From Utricularia gibba (taxonomy: Eukaryota > Plantae > Magnoliophyta): a stretch of 64,000 nt of DNA. The stretch covers positions 620,001 to 684,000 of the forward strand of contig CM007989.1 in the NCBI GenBank assembly GCA_002189035.1, in the 5' to 3' direction. The notes under the pieces are model-generated. The model worked only from the letters and a program-made list of their open reading frames with translations. It did no database searches and was not told the origin of the DNA. Of the stretch, positions 1 through 13,542 are shown one piece after another. The position numbers and the translations under genes are program-made. The first letter of the stretch is position 1, and each line of letters begins with the position of its first letter.

Positions 1-793
1 AAAATTTATCCTGGAGAAGAAATGCTCAAGTCATAAAACGAAAGCCAATAAAAGGGTAAACTGAGATGCAATGAAGAAATGCACTACGATCTGTCAACAT
101 GCCCAGAAAATCCATTGGTCCACGGACCACGTTGGCTTTCCCAAGGTTCATTGAAGTCCAGCACAGCCAAATGAAGGTACGGATAGCATGATGATGATCA
201 TGAATCAAGAAAGAGCACCTTATTCTCAGAAAGCATTTGAAGTACGGTACCTCCGGCGACCAAAAGCTTCCCAGGCTCAGAGAAACAGGGTTTTTCGCCT
301 CAGAAACCTCAATTACAGCATTCGCTACGCCAGGAACCTCTGTCGGACCACCGTCAAGGGTAATGCGAACGGAGTCGAAAACGTCGAGACGTCGCAGGCG
401 TGAGGTCGCGATAAAGGCGGCGCCGAGCAACTCATCGAAGTTCGTGGCGTCCCGGAGGATCGTCTCCACCTCAGATAAGATCAGAGAGTCACTAGTCTTG
501 CGGTCGCCTTTGATAACAATATCAAACACCCGCACGGGAACCCTCTCCTCGGAGAATCTCCAGACGAGATCACCGATCTTTTCTCTGGTCATGATCTGAA
601 ATTCTTCCTCTTCCTCTTCCTCCTCGATGTCGATCTCCTCGAATTCATCGCTGTCGTCATCCTCCTCGGCGTCCTCGCCTTCATCCCCGGAGTCATCCAA
701 GTAATCGATTTCGGGAGTGAAGGGCTCCGGCTGTGCCTCCATTTGCAACCCTTGTTGGAGTGGGTTTGCAGTTGGATTCCCCGTAAACGTCAT
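1..793 (-). CDS. SAM50: SAM50/TOB55-like Omp85-family outer membrane protein, 5' part (gene runs off the left edge)
   Basis: Acidic N-terminus, then a POTRA-like segment (VRVFDIVIKGDRKT...RLDVFDSVRITLDGGPTEVPGVANAVIEV) typical of plant SAM50. Exon 1 is 793-251 with a GT donor at 250; a phase-compatible acceptor CTCCAG lies at 15-10. The ORF-track residues after FWSPE are intron read-through. Confidence 0.8.
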
Positions 794-1234
794 CGTTTTG
801 AAGGTTGGGGCTCCCCTGCTCAGATGGTAAGATGACCCAATAGCCTTTCTGCCTTCCTGTGGTTGAGGGCTGTGTCACCAGAACACCATCCTTCTTCTTC
901 GACGAATCTTCACCAAAGCGGAGCGGGGAAGAAGTGATATTGAACTGAATCAGAAGACAAAAGTCACGGCGGCTGAGCTGCTTTTTCACCATAAAGACTT
1001 TCAATGGAGTACACAAGAGATGAAGCAGATCTCCAAAGATGGTTATAAATGGCAACTAATGATGCTGAGTAAGGATCTGGGGATGCTGTGCTGCTATATG
1101 AACAACATTCCTGATATACCGACCGCGCAAGCAAGGCTCGAGGGCATCAGTAAGCCCCATGCAAATGCAAACAAAAATGGTTGGGCAGCTGGATTGGGGA
1201 GCAGCAGTGGTGATGATGATGGTGGTGTGGTGGT

Positions 1235-3007
1235 TCACTCTGTAATTCCAGGGGCTGCGTTCTCGAGATCGATTTCGCCCATCCCAGTATCCTCCTCTTC
1301 TTCACTGTCATCATCACCACTGACTTCCTCGTTTTCTTGACCAAGCTTAGCCATCTGCTCGGCAAGTAGTTTGTCCTCCCGTTCGCTCACCTGAAACCAT
1401 CGAACACCGTTAGCATATGGTGTGCAAATCACAATGGGCGAGTGGAAGTAATTCCCAAGAACATTCCCAGGGAAGGGAAGGCAGCAAAACGCACCGCTCT
1501 AGGCGCCTCCTTAACAGTGAGCTTTCCTTTGTGCTTCTCAATTTCTTGTCTGCAGACTTCAATAGCATCATTAAGAATCCCAATGCCTTGTTCCTGCAAA
1601 GCCCACAATTCAAACATCGGTGAGAATTATTTTCGCAAAAGTGTAGACGAAGACAAAGATGGTTACCTTGTCGAGAGTCTGGGTGTTTAGAACATATGAA
1701 GGCGCGGCTATGAGCTTCATTTTAACAGGACAATCCTTGTTTCCAGTATCTTCTGCTTTACGCATCGCTTCCTGAAGAGACATTTTGAGGGAACATTTTC
1801 AAAACTAGCCCCGATAATGCTGCATAAACATGGAACCAAGAAAACAACCCCAACATAACGGAAACAATTCCTATTTCAGCACATCAAACGCTAGCATATC
1901 AAATTAATCTGAAGGGATTCAAAAGACAGAACATATTCAAAAATAATGCATTTGGGTGAGCCATTGAAAGGACTATGACCTTTATGTGCAAAACACCATC
2001 ATACTGAAAGCACTTCAATTCAATATCCCCACGTATCTTCAGGGGTTGTGGCGTCATTCTTCTTCTAATATTCTTAACTAAAGCATCTTTAACTTCCTCG
2101 GATAAAGCAGGTACCACTTTCTTCACCTGCATGATAACCAAACGCCAAACAATGAAACCAAATATGAACCAGTAGTCCTTTTTGGTACATTTTCAATCTC
2201 ATCCGAGAAGCTGAACCGGAATAGGAGACACCCAGGTTCACGCTATTCCGGTAAGAAGTAGAAAATCTGTCCCAAACAAAGCTTCCATAGCTTAAAATAC
2301 ATTCATTTACCTCTTGGCCATCGGGGCTAATTTCTTTCACTTCACGGGTGAGGGGGTCGAGCACAGAATCAGGATCGTTGACGATTACTTTGAATGCCTT
2401 GAGATAAAAAAAGAAGAATATCATAAGAATGAACACTACATCGTAGTCCAGGTACAGCTTTCAAATTCTATATCTATCTAACCTCAAACGCATGGCCGTA
2501 TTTCTTGTACAGAGGCCAGCCAATATGAATGTAGAGATCCTGGAGACACCCCATGACACACACAGTCAACGATTTAAGTAGCCATGTGGCTCCAACAAGC
2601 TTCAAAGAGAACGGGAAGTAAACCTCAAGATCAATCTTCAGGGTCTCGGCAACGTGTCGCATGATAGAATGCACAAGTTTACTCTTATTATACCTCTCCT
2701 CGCAAGCCTGAATATCCTCCTCGGAAACACGTCTCTTGCTGAGATCAATGTAGCCCTTGTCCTTGTCTACACGGAGAACCATCACAGGCTCAATACGGCC
2801 AACCTTGATCAAACTGCTGATACTTCGAATTCGGCGACGGGACAACTCGGAGAACAAAATCATGCCCTCTATGTCGTTGTACTCGAGAAGTGAAACGTAC
2901 GCGCCGCTGTCCGCCATACTCTTCACCTTTATCATCACCGCCTGATCCACCTCCGGATACCTCGCTTCGTACATCCGGCACTCCAGGTTAGGGCCGTTGT
3001 TTGCCAT
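1235..3007 (-). CDS. eIF2A: Eukaryotic translation initiation factor 2 subunit alpha, 7 coding exons
   Basis: S1 domain with [13 protein letters not shown] (phosphorylatable Ser) and [11 protein letters not shown]. Later exons read [11 protein letters not shown]..., [29 protein letters not shown] and the acidic tail ...[16 protein letters not shown]. All introns are GT-AG. Confidence 0.97.
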
Positions 3008-3046
3008 GCTTAGTCTCCGGCTGGAGCAGAATGCTAACCTGGTGAA

Positions 3047-3159
3047 TTAGGGTTTCTTTTTTTCCCCCTTTTTTCTGTGGATGGGTCAAGGCGAAGTTTC
3101 AATTAACAGAAGATAGTATTGGGCTTAAATGGGCCGGCTCAATTATCCGTATAGGCCCA
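3047..3159. promoter_or_regulatory. Telo-box plus site II cluster in the divergent eIF2-alpha / APY7 promoter
   Basis: TTAGGGTTT at 3047-3055 (telo-box, reverse), TGGGCT at 3120, TGGGCC at 3130 and GGCCCA at 3154. This combination is typical of plant translation-machinery promoters. Confidence 0.65.
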
Positions 3160-4135
3160 TATAATTGAACTTGGTCGTATAAAACTGTCTATGATTTATT
3201 CATGTTAGAAGGCCAGTCTCACAAACGGCTACATCTGCAGGAAAGACAAGATACAGGGTATTATTGAAAAGAAAACTACACTTCTCTTTCGCAGTGATGA
3301 TGAGATGAAGGGGAAGTTGACTTCGGCTCTCCGTTTTTAGTCTTTTTGTCATGCTTTAGGGCTGAAATCTAATTCACCCAGTTTCGGAATTCCGATCGCC
3401 GACAATGAGCCCACTGCCGGTAAATTATTGCATGGTTGTTAGTGGGCAAGTCTGCTTTCGCGCAATATTGGTTCTTGGTTAGTAGAAAGCGTTTGGGGGT
3501 TGAAGATCCGTTACTTGGTGTCGCTGCCTTTTGTGGGTGTGCCTGATTTTTTATTGAGATTTCGCCTGCTTAGGTTTTAGGCTACAAACTTGGTTGGGGA
3601 ACGTTCTTTGTTTGTAATCGAGTAGTATTTTCGATTTTTCTGTTGGGCTGAATCGTGGTTATTATCCATGCGGCTGCGCTAATTACCATTTTTGAGGAGA
3701 TTTATCAAATGACGCTTTTTTATTTCTGAGAGTATATTGATATTTTCAGCGTTAAGGATTGAATGGAGCAACTAGACAAGTCTTAATTTTTAGATGACAT
3801 GGCCAATCAGGTGCTGGGCAAAGCCAAATAGGCTAAAGCAGGCAATATTGTGATTGATGAATGAGTCTGTTGCATCATTGTACATTCAAGGAATAACAGA
3901 AACTGCACCTTTTTTTTCCTACTGTGCTGCTTTTTATTTCATTCATGTGAAAATTGCAACACTTTTTAGGTTTTGTGTTTCCAGTTTTGATATGTTTTCC
4001 TACGGTCTGAATGATGCAGGATTCATGTTTATTTGCTCAATCTTGTGCTGTCATCCACATCAAGCTATTTATTACATGAGAGGTGTAGATGTGAGACTGA
4101 AGGTTGTTTGAAGTCCGTCTTCTGGTTTCACTCAT

Positions 4136-6496
4136 ATGGCCTTCAGTAAGTTTGTGGAGTTCATTTCTGGTATATCAAATCGCATTTCAGCTCCAAAGGC
4201 TTCTGTTCATGGTTATGTTGAGTTAGTTTCAGAAAAGAGGACAAACTTGAGGCATGCTTCCTCTCTTCAAGATTTCTCTATTTATCATCAGGTTGATGTT
4301 GATCCTGATCCTATTACTGGAAAGAGACTGATTCACACACCAAATTTTTTGGGCCAAGAAAATCTTTCATCAAGTTTTTCGAAAGAGAAGGCTCTTTTGA
4401 GCTCCACTCAAAGGAAAAAATGGTTTAAGGTTATCTATGTTTTTCTTTGTCTGTTATTGCTTGCCGGTGTTTATTTCGGCCTGCTAGTTCTTTATCTCGA
4501 TTGGTTTGGAGGATCATCCAAGTTCTATGTGGTTATTGACTGCGGTAGCACCGGAAACCGTGTTTATGTGTATGAAGCATCTATGAATACTGAAAAAGGT
4601 AGCAACCTTCCAGTATTGGTGAAATCACTTCCTGAAAGTTCTGAGAGGAGGCCAGGTTCTCAGTTGTGGCGGGCTTACAACAGAATGGAGACTGAGCCAG
4701 GTTTAGATAAATTGGTGAACAATATAACTGGACTGAAGAAAGCTATAAAACCTCTTATCAAGTGGGCAGAAAAACAGATCCCTCAAAATTCACATAAAAA
4801 CACTTCACTGTTTTTATATGCAACAGCTGGAGTTCGCAGGCTGCCTCAGTCAGACTCCGATTGGCTCCTCCATAATTCCTGGTCCATTTTGAAGAATTCA
4901 CAATTCTCCTGCAAAAGAGAGTGGATAAAAATCATCACAGGCATAGAGGAAGCATATTATGGTTGGATAGCTTTGAATTATCATTCTGATGTCTTGGGTT
5001 CTATTCCCAAAAAGGAAACCTTTGGTGCACTGGACTTGGGTGGTTCTTCACTTCAGGTTACGTTCGAAGGAGCTCCAAATGATAGTCAAGATGCAAATTT
5101 AAAGCTGGAGATAGGCCCTGTTCAACATCATCTCAGTGCTTATTCTTTGTCTGGGTATGGACTGAATGATGCATTTGGCAAATCTGTGGCTCATCTTGCG
5201 AGCATGCACACCAATGTGAGCGATGCGGAAGTGGCTGGGGGTAAGATAAAACTTAAACATCCATGTTTGCAGTCTGGTTACAAAGAAAAATACTCATGCG
5301 CTCAGTGTGGACCCATCTTACTGAAGAACACCAGTACTTCTAGAGCAAGAAAACAAGGTAAAGGAAGTTTAGCTGGTGTTTCAGTCCAGCTTATTGGATC
5401 TCCAAACTGGGATAAATGCAGTGCACTGGCCAGAAGTGCTGTCAATGTGTCTGAATGGTCAGATAGTATTCCAGCAACTGATTGCCATGTGCACCCTTGT
5501 GCAATTGCCAAGGATCACCCTCGCCCTGTTGGAAATTTCTATGCAATGTCAGGATTCTATGTGGTTTACAGATTTTTTAACTTGACTGCTGATGCCTCTC
5601 TGGACAAGTTGTTGGAGAAGGGGCGTGAGTATTGCCAGAAAACATGGGATGTTGCCAGGAAAAGCGTTCCTCCACAGCCTTTCATTGAACAATACTGCTT
5701 TAGGACACCATATGTTGTTCTTCTTCTCAGAGAAGGATTGCATATCAGTGATGATCATGTGACTATTGGCTCTGGAAGCATTACATGGACCCTTGGGGTT
5801 GCTTTGTTGGAAGCAGGAAATTCTTTTCCGCACAAGAGAAGTATATACAGCTATGGGTCACTTGCAGCTAAGATAGATCCACGACTTGTATTCATCCTTG
5901 TGTTTGCTTCCTTAATCATCCTACTCTGTGCCTGCTCATGCGCTGGGAATTGGTGGTCAAAGCATAGATGGCCATGTCTTCCACTGCACAACAGTGTTGT
6001 AGCTTCCTCGGCATTAAACATTCCGGCATCTTTCCGATTTCCCCGCTGGGGTCCAAACGGTACAGGTGTGTTCTTTTGTTTACTGGCAGTTGAGGCTCTT
6101 CACTTTGCAATCCTGAATTTTCTTGGACAAATAAGGAAACATCTTATAGCTGCATAAAAGAGTGCCCCTAACCTTGCTCCATTTTGCAATTGTGGTACAG
6201 GGGATGGACGGGTAAAGATGCCACTGAGTCCTACAGTCGGAAATGATCCTGCAAGACCTTTCAACGGGGGGGCTGGTTTCAATGATGAGACCATCCAGTT
6301 CACTGATATGGCGCTGTGTTCTTCGTCCAGCAGGGTGCCACATAGTTACTCTTCAGGAAGCTTAGGACAGATGCAATTCGACAACCGCAATTTTTGGACA
6401 CCCCATAGAAGCAATATGATCCTTCAGAGTCGAAGATCACAATCTCGAGAAGACCTCAATACATCTCTCTCTGAGTTGCAGCTTGCAAAGGTCTGA
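4136..6496 (+). CDS. APY7: Apyrase 7-like (GDA1/CD39 NTPDase), 2 coding exons
   Basis: Apyrase conserved regions IDCGSTG, YATAGVR, EEAYYGW, LDLGGSS and WTLG, plus two TM segments. A phase-1 intron (about 6067-6200) joins to GDGRVKMPLSP...LQSRRSQSREDL, the APY7 C-terminus. Confidence 0.93.
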
Positions 6497-7022
6497 CTAC
6501 TGCTGATTCTTCGCATGCAACCATCCAAGTTTTGAAAATGCAGTTTCAAGAAAGTGAGTGCCTGAAGCAGATACCTCATTGGAAGTTAGAAATCTGCCTG
6601 ATGTTGCTTGCTGTGCAGAGAAAACAAACTGAATAGTCCTGTAAATAGATCCTAACTGTGGGATACATGAGTGAGCATTCGTTCATCCAGATCTGTTTCC
6701 ATGATTATGTTGTTATTCTAGTTCTTGAATCTCTTCCTCCCATGTCATTTTACGCATCCTTCCGTACGCCTAAAAGGAAAAAATTGCATTGATACGAGTT
6801 ATAAGCATGAGTCATATACAAGCATGCACAGTTTCAAATAAATGGAAGCTGTAAGTATAAGCGCTAACTACTTGGGTTCAAGGCTTGTCACTGGGCGCTC
6901 CTAGCGAAATCCCCAAACTGGAAGGAAGCATTTTTGAGGTCATGGCAGTGCCCGGTGGTGCGGTTGGGATCCTATGAAATCATTTTGCACAACAACTTCA
7001 AGGCGTTTGATGGCTCAGTAGC

Positions 7023-9651
7023 TCATTGAGGAAGCAGGTCTTCGGTGCCAGTCAGTTTAGCAAATTCACTTTCATCGATCTTGCCTTTCTTCTGTTTCCT
7101 CATCAGCCGATATATTGAGTTTATCTCGTCTTCATCTTCAGCTGATTGGATTGCACGTCTCTTCTTTGCTGTTTTCTTCTTCATGACAGGGGCTGGACGG
7201 TTGGATGTTGGTTTGCTTTTCTGTTCTTTCTCCTTCGCTTCTTGTTTGGCTTTGATGTTTTTCTTCCTCTGTTTTTCTCGAGACTTATCCCTGCATTGAT
7301 GGAGAAATAAGTTTGTACAGCTGATGGCGAAAACAATGGGAAAGCCATGAAAAGTAGAAAACAGACCTGTACTTGATGTCCTCCAAGTTCACATCTTCCA
7401 CAGGTACAAAACCTTCAGTGGAAAGGGAATGATGCTTCACTTCAGGCATAGCAGGGAGCTTCAGCAACCCATATCCCATGGCTAGCTTCCCAATCTCAAG
7501 TTCTTTCCACCTGGGCATACAGTTACTATCAGAATGAAGAAATCCACACGAACTACAGAATAGTAGTCTAAGAACCTGAAGATGAAGGAACAGTGATGCT
7601 CCTTGTATGCACGAACATGGGATACAAATGCCCTCACTCCTTTTTCCATGATGTCACGATCTTTTAGGGCAGCAGCCCGTAGCTATAGCATGGTTCGTAT
7701 TTGAATACAAAAAATAAGAAAAACATGCGGAGAAATTGATCTATATAAAAATCAGTTTACCTGAGGAATGATATCGTCACAAGCATCATCGCTGCATTGT
7801 CTCTCTTCAAGTGGTACTTTCCTGATCCTAAGGAACTCCACATAAGCTTCTTCCTGTTTAATATGGTAAAAACATCTGAGAAGCCATGAACTAAGAGAGG
7901 TGAAAGTTTTCTATCAACAGCTCCGCACCTTTGGCAACAGAAAGACAATTGCACTTCCTTGTCGACCCATCCTTGCAGTACGGCCAACTCTATGTATGAA
8001 CACATTCGGATCCTGTGGAGGGTCATACTGCGAGAAACCATTTAGCTTAAGACCAATGTCAAGTAATTAGGATAATACAATTGGGAATGCAATCCAAAAA
8101 TAAAGCCAGATTCTACCTGTACAATGCAGTCAACACCAGGAATGTCAAGTCCACGTGCTGCAACATCAGTGCAAAGAAGAACACCACTTGAAAGAGATGT
8201 GAACGATGACAAAGCTTTCTCCCTCGACAACTGTAGGATGATGTAAGTAAGAACAGACCCAACACTTACTATACAATGCAAAACGAAGCATTTAGCTTCT
8301 CATGGAAGGATTCATTACCTGTTTCATCTTCCCATGCAGAGAAATAAGAGAAAGTTCCTTCAATGTAGGGATTTGAGGGAGAACAGTTCCCCAGTAATCA
8401 ACACAAGCACATGTCATGAAGTAGCTGCACAAGAAAAAGAGGTTGCATTAAACTTCAGGATGCTAGATAAACCATGTTGCAGAGCTTCAGAAACTTTGAC
8501 ACTCACATTATGAATTTCTGAGTCTTGTTTTTAAGCAGGAGATCAACAAGTAGTTTAGATTTCTCGTCTGCTTCACATTGTACATACTGTAGGAAAACCC
8601 GATCACAAACATCAGCATACAGCGCTCATCACGCACAAATTAAGAATGAGCAATCTAGAAATTAAGAAAGAGCACACTTTCAAACACCTCAATATGAAGT
8701 CCGGATGGAGTTTTCGATGGAGCTCCCTGCTGCGAATTTTCTGAGTCCTTCGTTCTCTTGACTTCAGCTCGAACTTCCACTCTGACAGGATTCCTCAATC
8801 CAGCCGTTGCTAGCTCTTCAACTGCTTCGGTCTGTGTCGCAGAAAAGAGGCCAGTTCTACGCAGCTTGGGTAAGCGAGAAATTATGGAAGTTATCTGTTT
8901 CTGAAACCCCATGTCTAGTAACCTGTCAGCCTCATCCAGAATCAAAATCTGTATTCACAATGCACGGATGATCTTATTTGAGAGCCAGCAAAATCCATGC
9001 CAAGTACAAAACCACGCCGCATAAACGACCTAGAACCCCATCATGAAAGGAATGTAATAGATCACCTCTAGGCTACCGAAATCGAATCCATCAATACGCT
9101 CCATAATATCATTCAATCTTCCAGGCGTCCCAACCAGCAAGTTAGCACCTTGCTCTTCTATCTGCTTCAAGTCAGCTTTTACATCCCCTCCGCCAACCAA
9201 CAAAATGGGTTTAACACTCGGCAAGGTCGAAACAAATGGCTCTGCGACCTTAAATATCTGGGACGACAACTCCCGTGTTGGAGAAATAATAATTCCCATC
9301 ACCTGCATTTACCATTTAATCGAATCAAACGAGAAGAAACACTACAATGAAGTCATCAAGATAGTAACAAAAAAAAACCTGGTGAGGCTTGGGAGGGGCG
9401 GCACGGCGAAGGATTTCGACTACGGGAACAACAAATGCCAGAGTCTTTCCAGAACCAGTGGCGGCATCGACCGCAACATCTTTGAAGCTATTCAACAAGG
9501 GTATCGTCGCCGCTTGAACGGGAGTGCAATACTCAAACCCTGAGCTTCTTAGTGCATCCAAAACAGGCTCCGATAGCGGCGGATTTAGTTCAGCGAACCG
9601 CGTCTTTGTCAACGCCTTGTTTGGATTCTCATCCGCGACGGCCATGGACAT
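7023..9651 (-). CDS. RH18: DEAD-box RNA helicase RH18-like (DDX55/Spb4), multi-exon
   Basis: Q motif GFEYCTPVQ, motif [19 protein letters not shown] variant [26 protein letters not shown], and a K-rich tail ending TEDLLPQ* (stop 7023-7025). Start is 9651 or 9645. Confidence 0.93.
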
Positions 9652-10475
9652 CGAAGATTTCCCCGCCGCAAAAGTCACGCCGCCGCCACGTTAACATTTA
9701 TAGAAGGGGACTCCCTCCAAATTAATCAATACTTCCAAATAGGAAGCAGCTGCTTCGAAAGTCGGCCCATTAGTTTCGGCCCAACTGTTGCAACCGCAGA
9801 ACTCACAAGTATTCTACTGCTTTTAAATATAAATATATGAATTCAAACAGCAAAAATCACTTCCATCTTCTCGGTTCTGTACTTATGCAGGATAACAGTT
9901 ACGTCTTCCCCATGGAGGGAAGGGGCTGTTGGACGGTGATGTTGAAACTGAGAAAAATCAGAAGCACCAGGGACCTGAGGCAGAACAGCGTGAGCCGAAG
10001 GGAAACGATGCGAGGGAGTAAAACTGTCGCAGAAAGCCCCTCACCAGAATCAGAGGGAAAATACAGATACTGGACTTATTGTTATGGGTCCAATAAACAG
10101 TATACCAGATCATATATGCAAGCAGAAGTTCGTTGAGCCCTGCAATGTCCCAAGCCCAATCCAGTAGAGAGTATACTCTCCCAGTAGATGACCGTTCTGC
10201 TGAAGGAGAACGGAAACAGAAATTCTCAGAGAATAAGATATAGCGAATCACACGGCCTAACGGCTATTTTTCTGTTCTATAAATATGGCTTCGTTGTATA
10301 GGAGAAACACGCTATTTTTGTAGCTGAAAAACCTCAATACAATATTCAAAAATCTCCAACAACAACATCCATTCCCAAACAGCAACATCAGCAAAAATAT
10401 CATGTCAACCTTCATTACCACATTGTAAATCATCTATTCTACCAATATGGGCATCACGTTCCTTGGCGAGTCTCT

Positions 10476-12117
10476 CTACGCAAGGCGGGTTTCCGGATGC
10501 TCCTCTCCGCTCAGGTAGAGCTTGTTTTGGTGAATGTAATCAATAACTTCGTCTCCCGTGAGGTACTTTATGCTCAGGCCTCTTGATATGCAATCCCTGT
10601 AACACAACGCAGTTTCAACGCACTCTCAACGAAGTCCGCGCTGTGGGAGGAAAAGCCGTACCTTAATCTTGAAGAGCTGATGCTATTAGGAACGACTTCG
10701 TCAACAATTATGATATTGTCCTATGGAAAGAATGAGTGAGAATCGATTACCAAGAGGAATGGTTTGTTTCGGCTTAGTATAAGAAGCGGGTACCTTGTGT
10801 TCCTCCAAAATGTCATCTTCGGCTATGATCCGCATGATATCTTGATTGTCACGGCGAATGCAAACCAAGCCAAAGTCCCTGCATATGATCTTGACCTGGA
10901 TATGCAAGCCAAGCAACGATAAACAAGCATTCGTGGGAAGTAGTTTTTGTGTCTATGGATGAAAGAGTACCTGCTCACGGATCCAGACTCCAGGAATACT
11001 GAAAGATTGTAGCAAGTCGGAACCGCAGACAAGCATGACCTTTAGGAAATCTGCAGGTTAAATGGCAGAAAACAAGCATTAGGAGTAGATAAGAGGAGCA
11101 TGTTGTCATCTCAAAAGAGCTATAGAAGAAGAAAGACCAAAGATTAGGTCATGGCAATATGTTCAAGGAGACATCTGAAAAGTGAATAAAGGGGCGCTGC
11201 TGATAAGATAACTATATAAAGAAATGGCATATTGACGAGCAAGAGCCTACCATTTGATACAATTCCACTACTCAATATGGAATTCCTCACTCTAGACAAA
11301 ACTGTCACTGTGCGTTGGTAGCTGCTTTGAGTTGCCTATATGGTGCAACAAAATGTGATATTCATGGTTAAAAAACCTCATACAGTTGGTGGACATGGAG
11401 AAAATTCTTAAAAACAGGGGGAAGGGATATGTCCAGACCTCCCATGGGTCGACCATAATGAAATTGGAACTTCTACAAGCAAGATTACACATAGAAATAC
11501 GATGTGCAGCATTTATAAGACCCTGAAATATCATGAATTAGGTATATCAAAGCCGCTTCAACACTCCTCATTAGACAACATGCATGTCGGTAAGATTTGT
11601 ACATGCCTTTTTCTTGTATGCATCATTGACTGGTGACATGTATCCTCCAATTACAGATAATCCTCTAGAGTTTAAAGCATCCCTCGCCAACTCTGATATT
11701 TCACATGAATAGGGGTAGGAATAACTCTTGTTTACGTAAGTACTATATGGAGATTGGATAGAGAATCTAAAGACAGCATGCTGTAAGCGAAATATGATAA
11801 ACAATTACCAAAACAACGCAAGTGCATATATGTAGGAGGATTGAAACTTCCAGTGGACACCAAAACAACACTGAGCTTTGCCCTGAAAGGAGTTCAAGAC
11901 ATCATAACATTAATTGAAAGGAAAAGAATGAATTTCCTATTTCAACTACTTTTCTCCGTACTCTACCATTTCATATATCCATGTAGTTATAGAAACAAGA
12001 AGGCTTTACTGCAGTAAGAGCAAATGGCAACACGAATAAACTGTACTCGCAACATGAACTGGAAGAACCATCTTCGGTACTGCATCTGATGGATAACTTG
12101 TCCCTCGTTAACGTCAT
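10476..12117 (-). CDS. NMNAT: Nicotinamide/nicotinate mononucleotide adenylyltransferase, multi-exon
   Basis: Spliced reading gives VVLVSTGSFNPPTYMHLRCFELARDAL...GGYMSPVNDAYKKKGLINAAHR...MVDPWE...ISRGLSIKYLTGDEVIDYIHQNKLY. The start codon at 12117 is the least certain part. Confidence 0.92.
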
Positions 12118-12886
12118 ACTGTCTCTGTGGACAAACATTGGTATCAGGATCGAAACAAAAACATGTGATGTTTTAAGAAGCACAAAAACATCAGTATTTC
12201 CTTTGTTAACCCAGCAGATGTATCAAGCAAGTAGCACCAACAAGATGAATCTGAACTTATTTGACATGATCCACATATTTCATCGCATTCGTATGTTAAA
12301 GATATTCTTCAAAAAAAAAAAAAAATCTTGGGGAGCACGTCATCATTTCCGTTTCCACGGATAGTTCCTATAATCCATAACTTTGTTCCAAACTGCGGCT
12401 GTTCATTTTTTTCGTCTGCAAAATTGGAATTTTCAGATAACATAGGGTGCGTAGGACGATTTCGTTCAAATCCGAGACCGGATTTGCAACCAGAAGAAAA
12501 AGGAGAGGAGACAAGCTCTGAGAACCGGAGATCGATCAGGAAATGTTACCGTTGGAAACAACTCAGCTTCGCGGCCGTGAATATACCTTTGTACCTCGCC
12601 TGCTGTGCTGGGGAAGACTGTATGATGATGTCATTGAAGTGTACGGTAAGCGATTTTACTAAATGGGCCTATAGTTATAATTGGGCTTTATGGGCACCGA
12701 AAATGGCTTGACCGTACATGAGCTTAATGGGCTTTGCAGATCTTTCACATGGCGTGTCACTTTCCTACGTCACGATACTGTAGCATTTAGTAATGACGCG
12801 GTTCTGTAATTAGGGCTTAGATTAGGGGCTACTAATCTTAATTAATCTGACTAATTTATTTCTAAATACTCGCATACGATTTTTGA

Positions 12887-12904
12887 CTCTCTCTCTCTCT
12901 CTCT
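12887..12904. repeat. (CT)9 microsatellite in the PRA1.B 5' leader
   Basis: Directly visible CTCTCT run just upstream of the ATG at 12914. Confidence 0.9.
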
Positions 12905-12913
12905 AGAACTACG

Positions 12914-13542
12914 ATGGCTACGCTCCCCGTCTCTAACCCTCAATCGGAATCCCAGCCGCCGATCGCGTCTCCGGCATTCCGAAGTTTCATCTCCCGCCTA
13001 AGCTCCACCATCCGCCACGCCCTGTCCCAGCGACGCCCTTGGACGGAGCTCATAGATCGCTCTGCCTTCGCCCGCCCCGACAACCTAGGGGAGGCCGCAT
13101 CGCGAATTCGCAAGAATTTCTCTTATTTCCGCGTCAACTACTTCGCGGTGATTGCGCTCTCCGTCGGCCTATCCCTCCTCTCTCATCCGGTCTCCCTCCT
13201 CGTTCTGCTGACTCTCCTCGCCGCGTGGATCTTTCTCTACGCATTCCGTCCTCCGATCAGCCTCTCGTAATCGGAGGACGCACGTTTTCGGATAGGGAGA
13301 TGCTGGGGATTCTCGTTGTTTCGACCATCGTTGTAGTTTTCCTCACCAGCATTGGATCTCTGGTGATCTCTGCCTTGCTTGTCGGTCTCGCCGTTGTCTG
13401 CGCCCATGGAGCCTTCCGTATGCCGGAAGATCTGTTTTTGGATGATCAAGAACCTGCCAATTCAAGCTTCCTGTCGTTCCTTGGGGGTGCCGCTTCCACC
13501 GCCGCAGCTGCTGCTGCACCCGCCGTGGTCACACGCGTCTAA
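12914..13542 (+). CDS. PRA1.B: PRA1 family B protein (prenylated Rab acceptor), intronless; one apparent frameshift at ~13250
   Basis: RRPWTELIDRSAFARP, RIRKNFSYFRVNY and CAHGAFRMPEDLFLDDQE. Adding one C at 13250-13251 joins the two ORFs as FRPSDQPLVIGGRTFSDRE (~209 aa). Confidence 0.9.
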
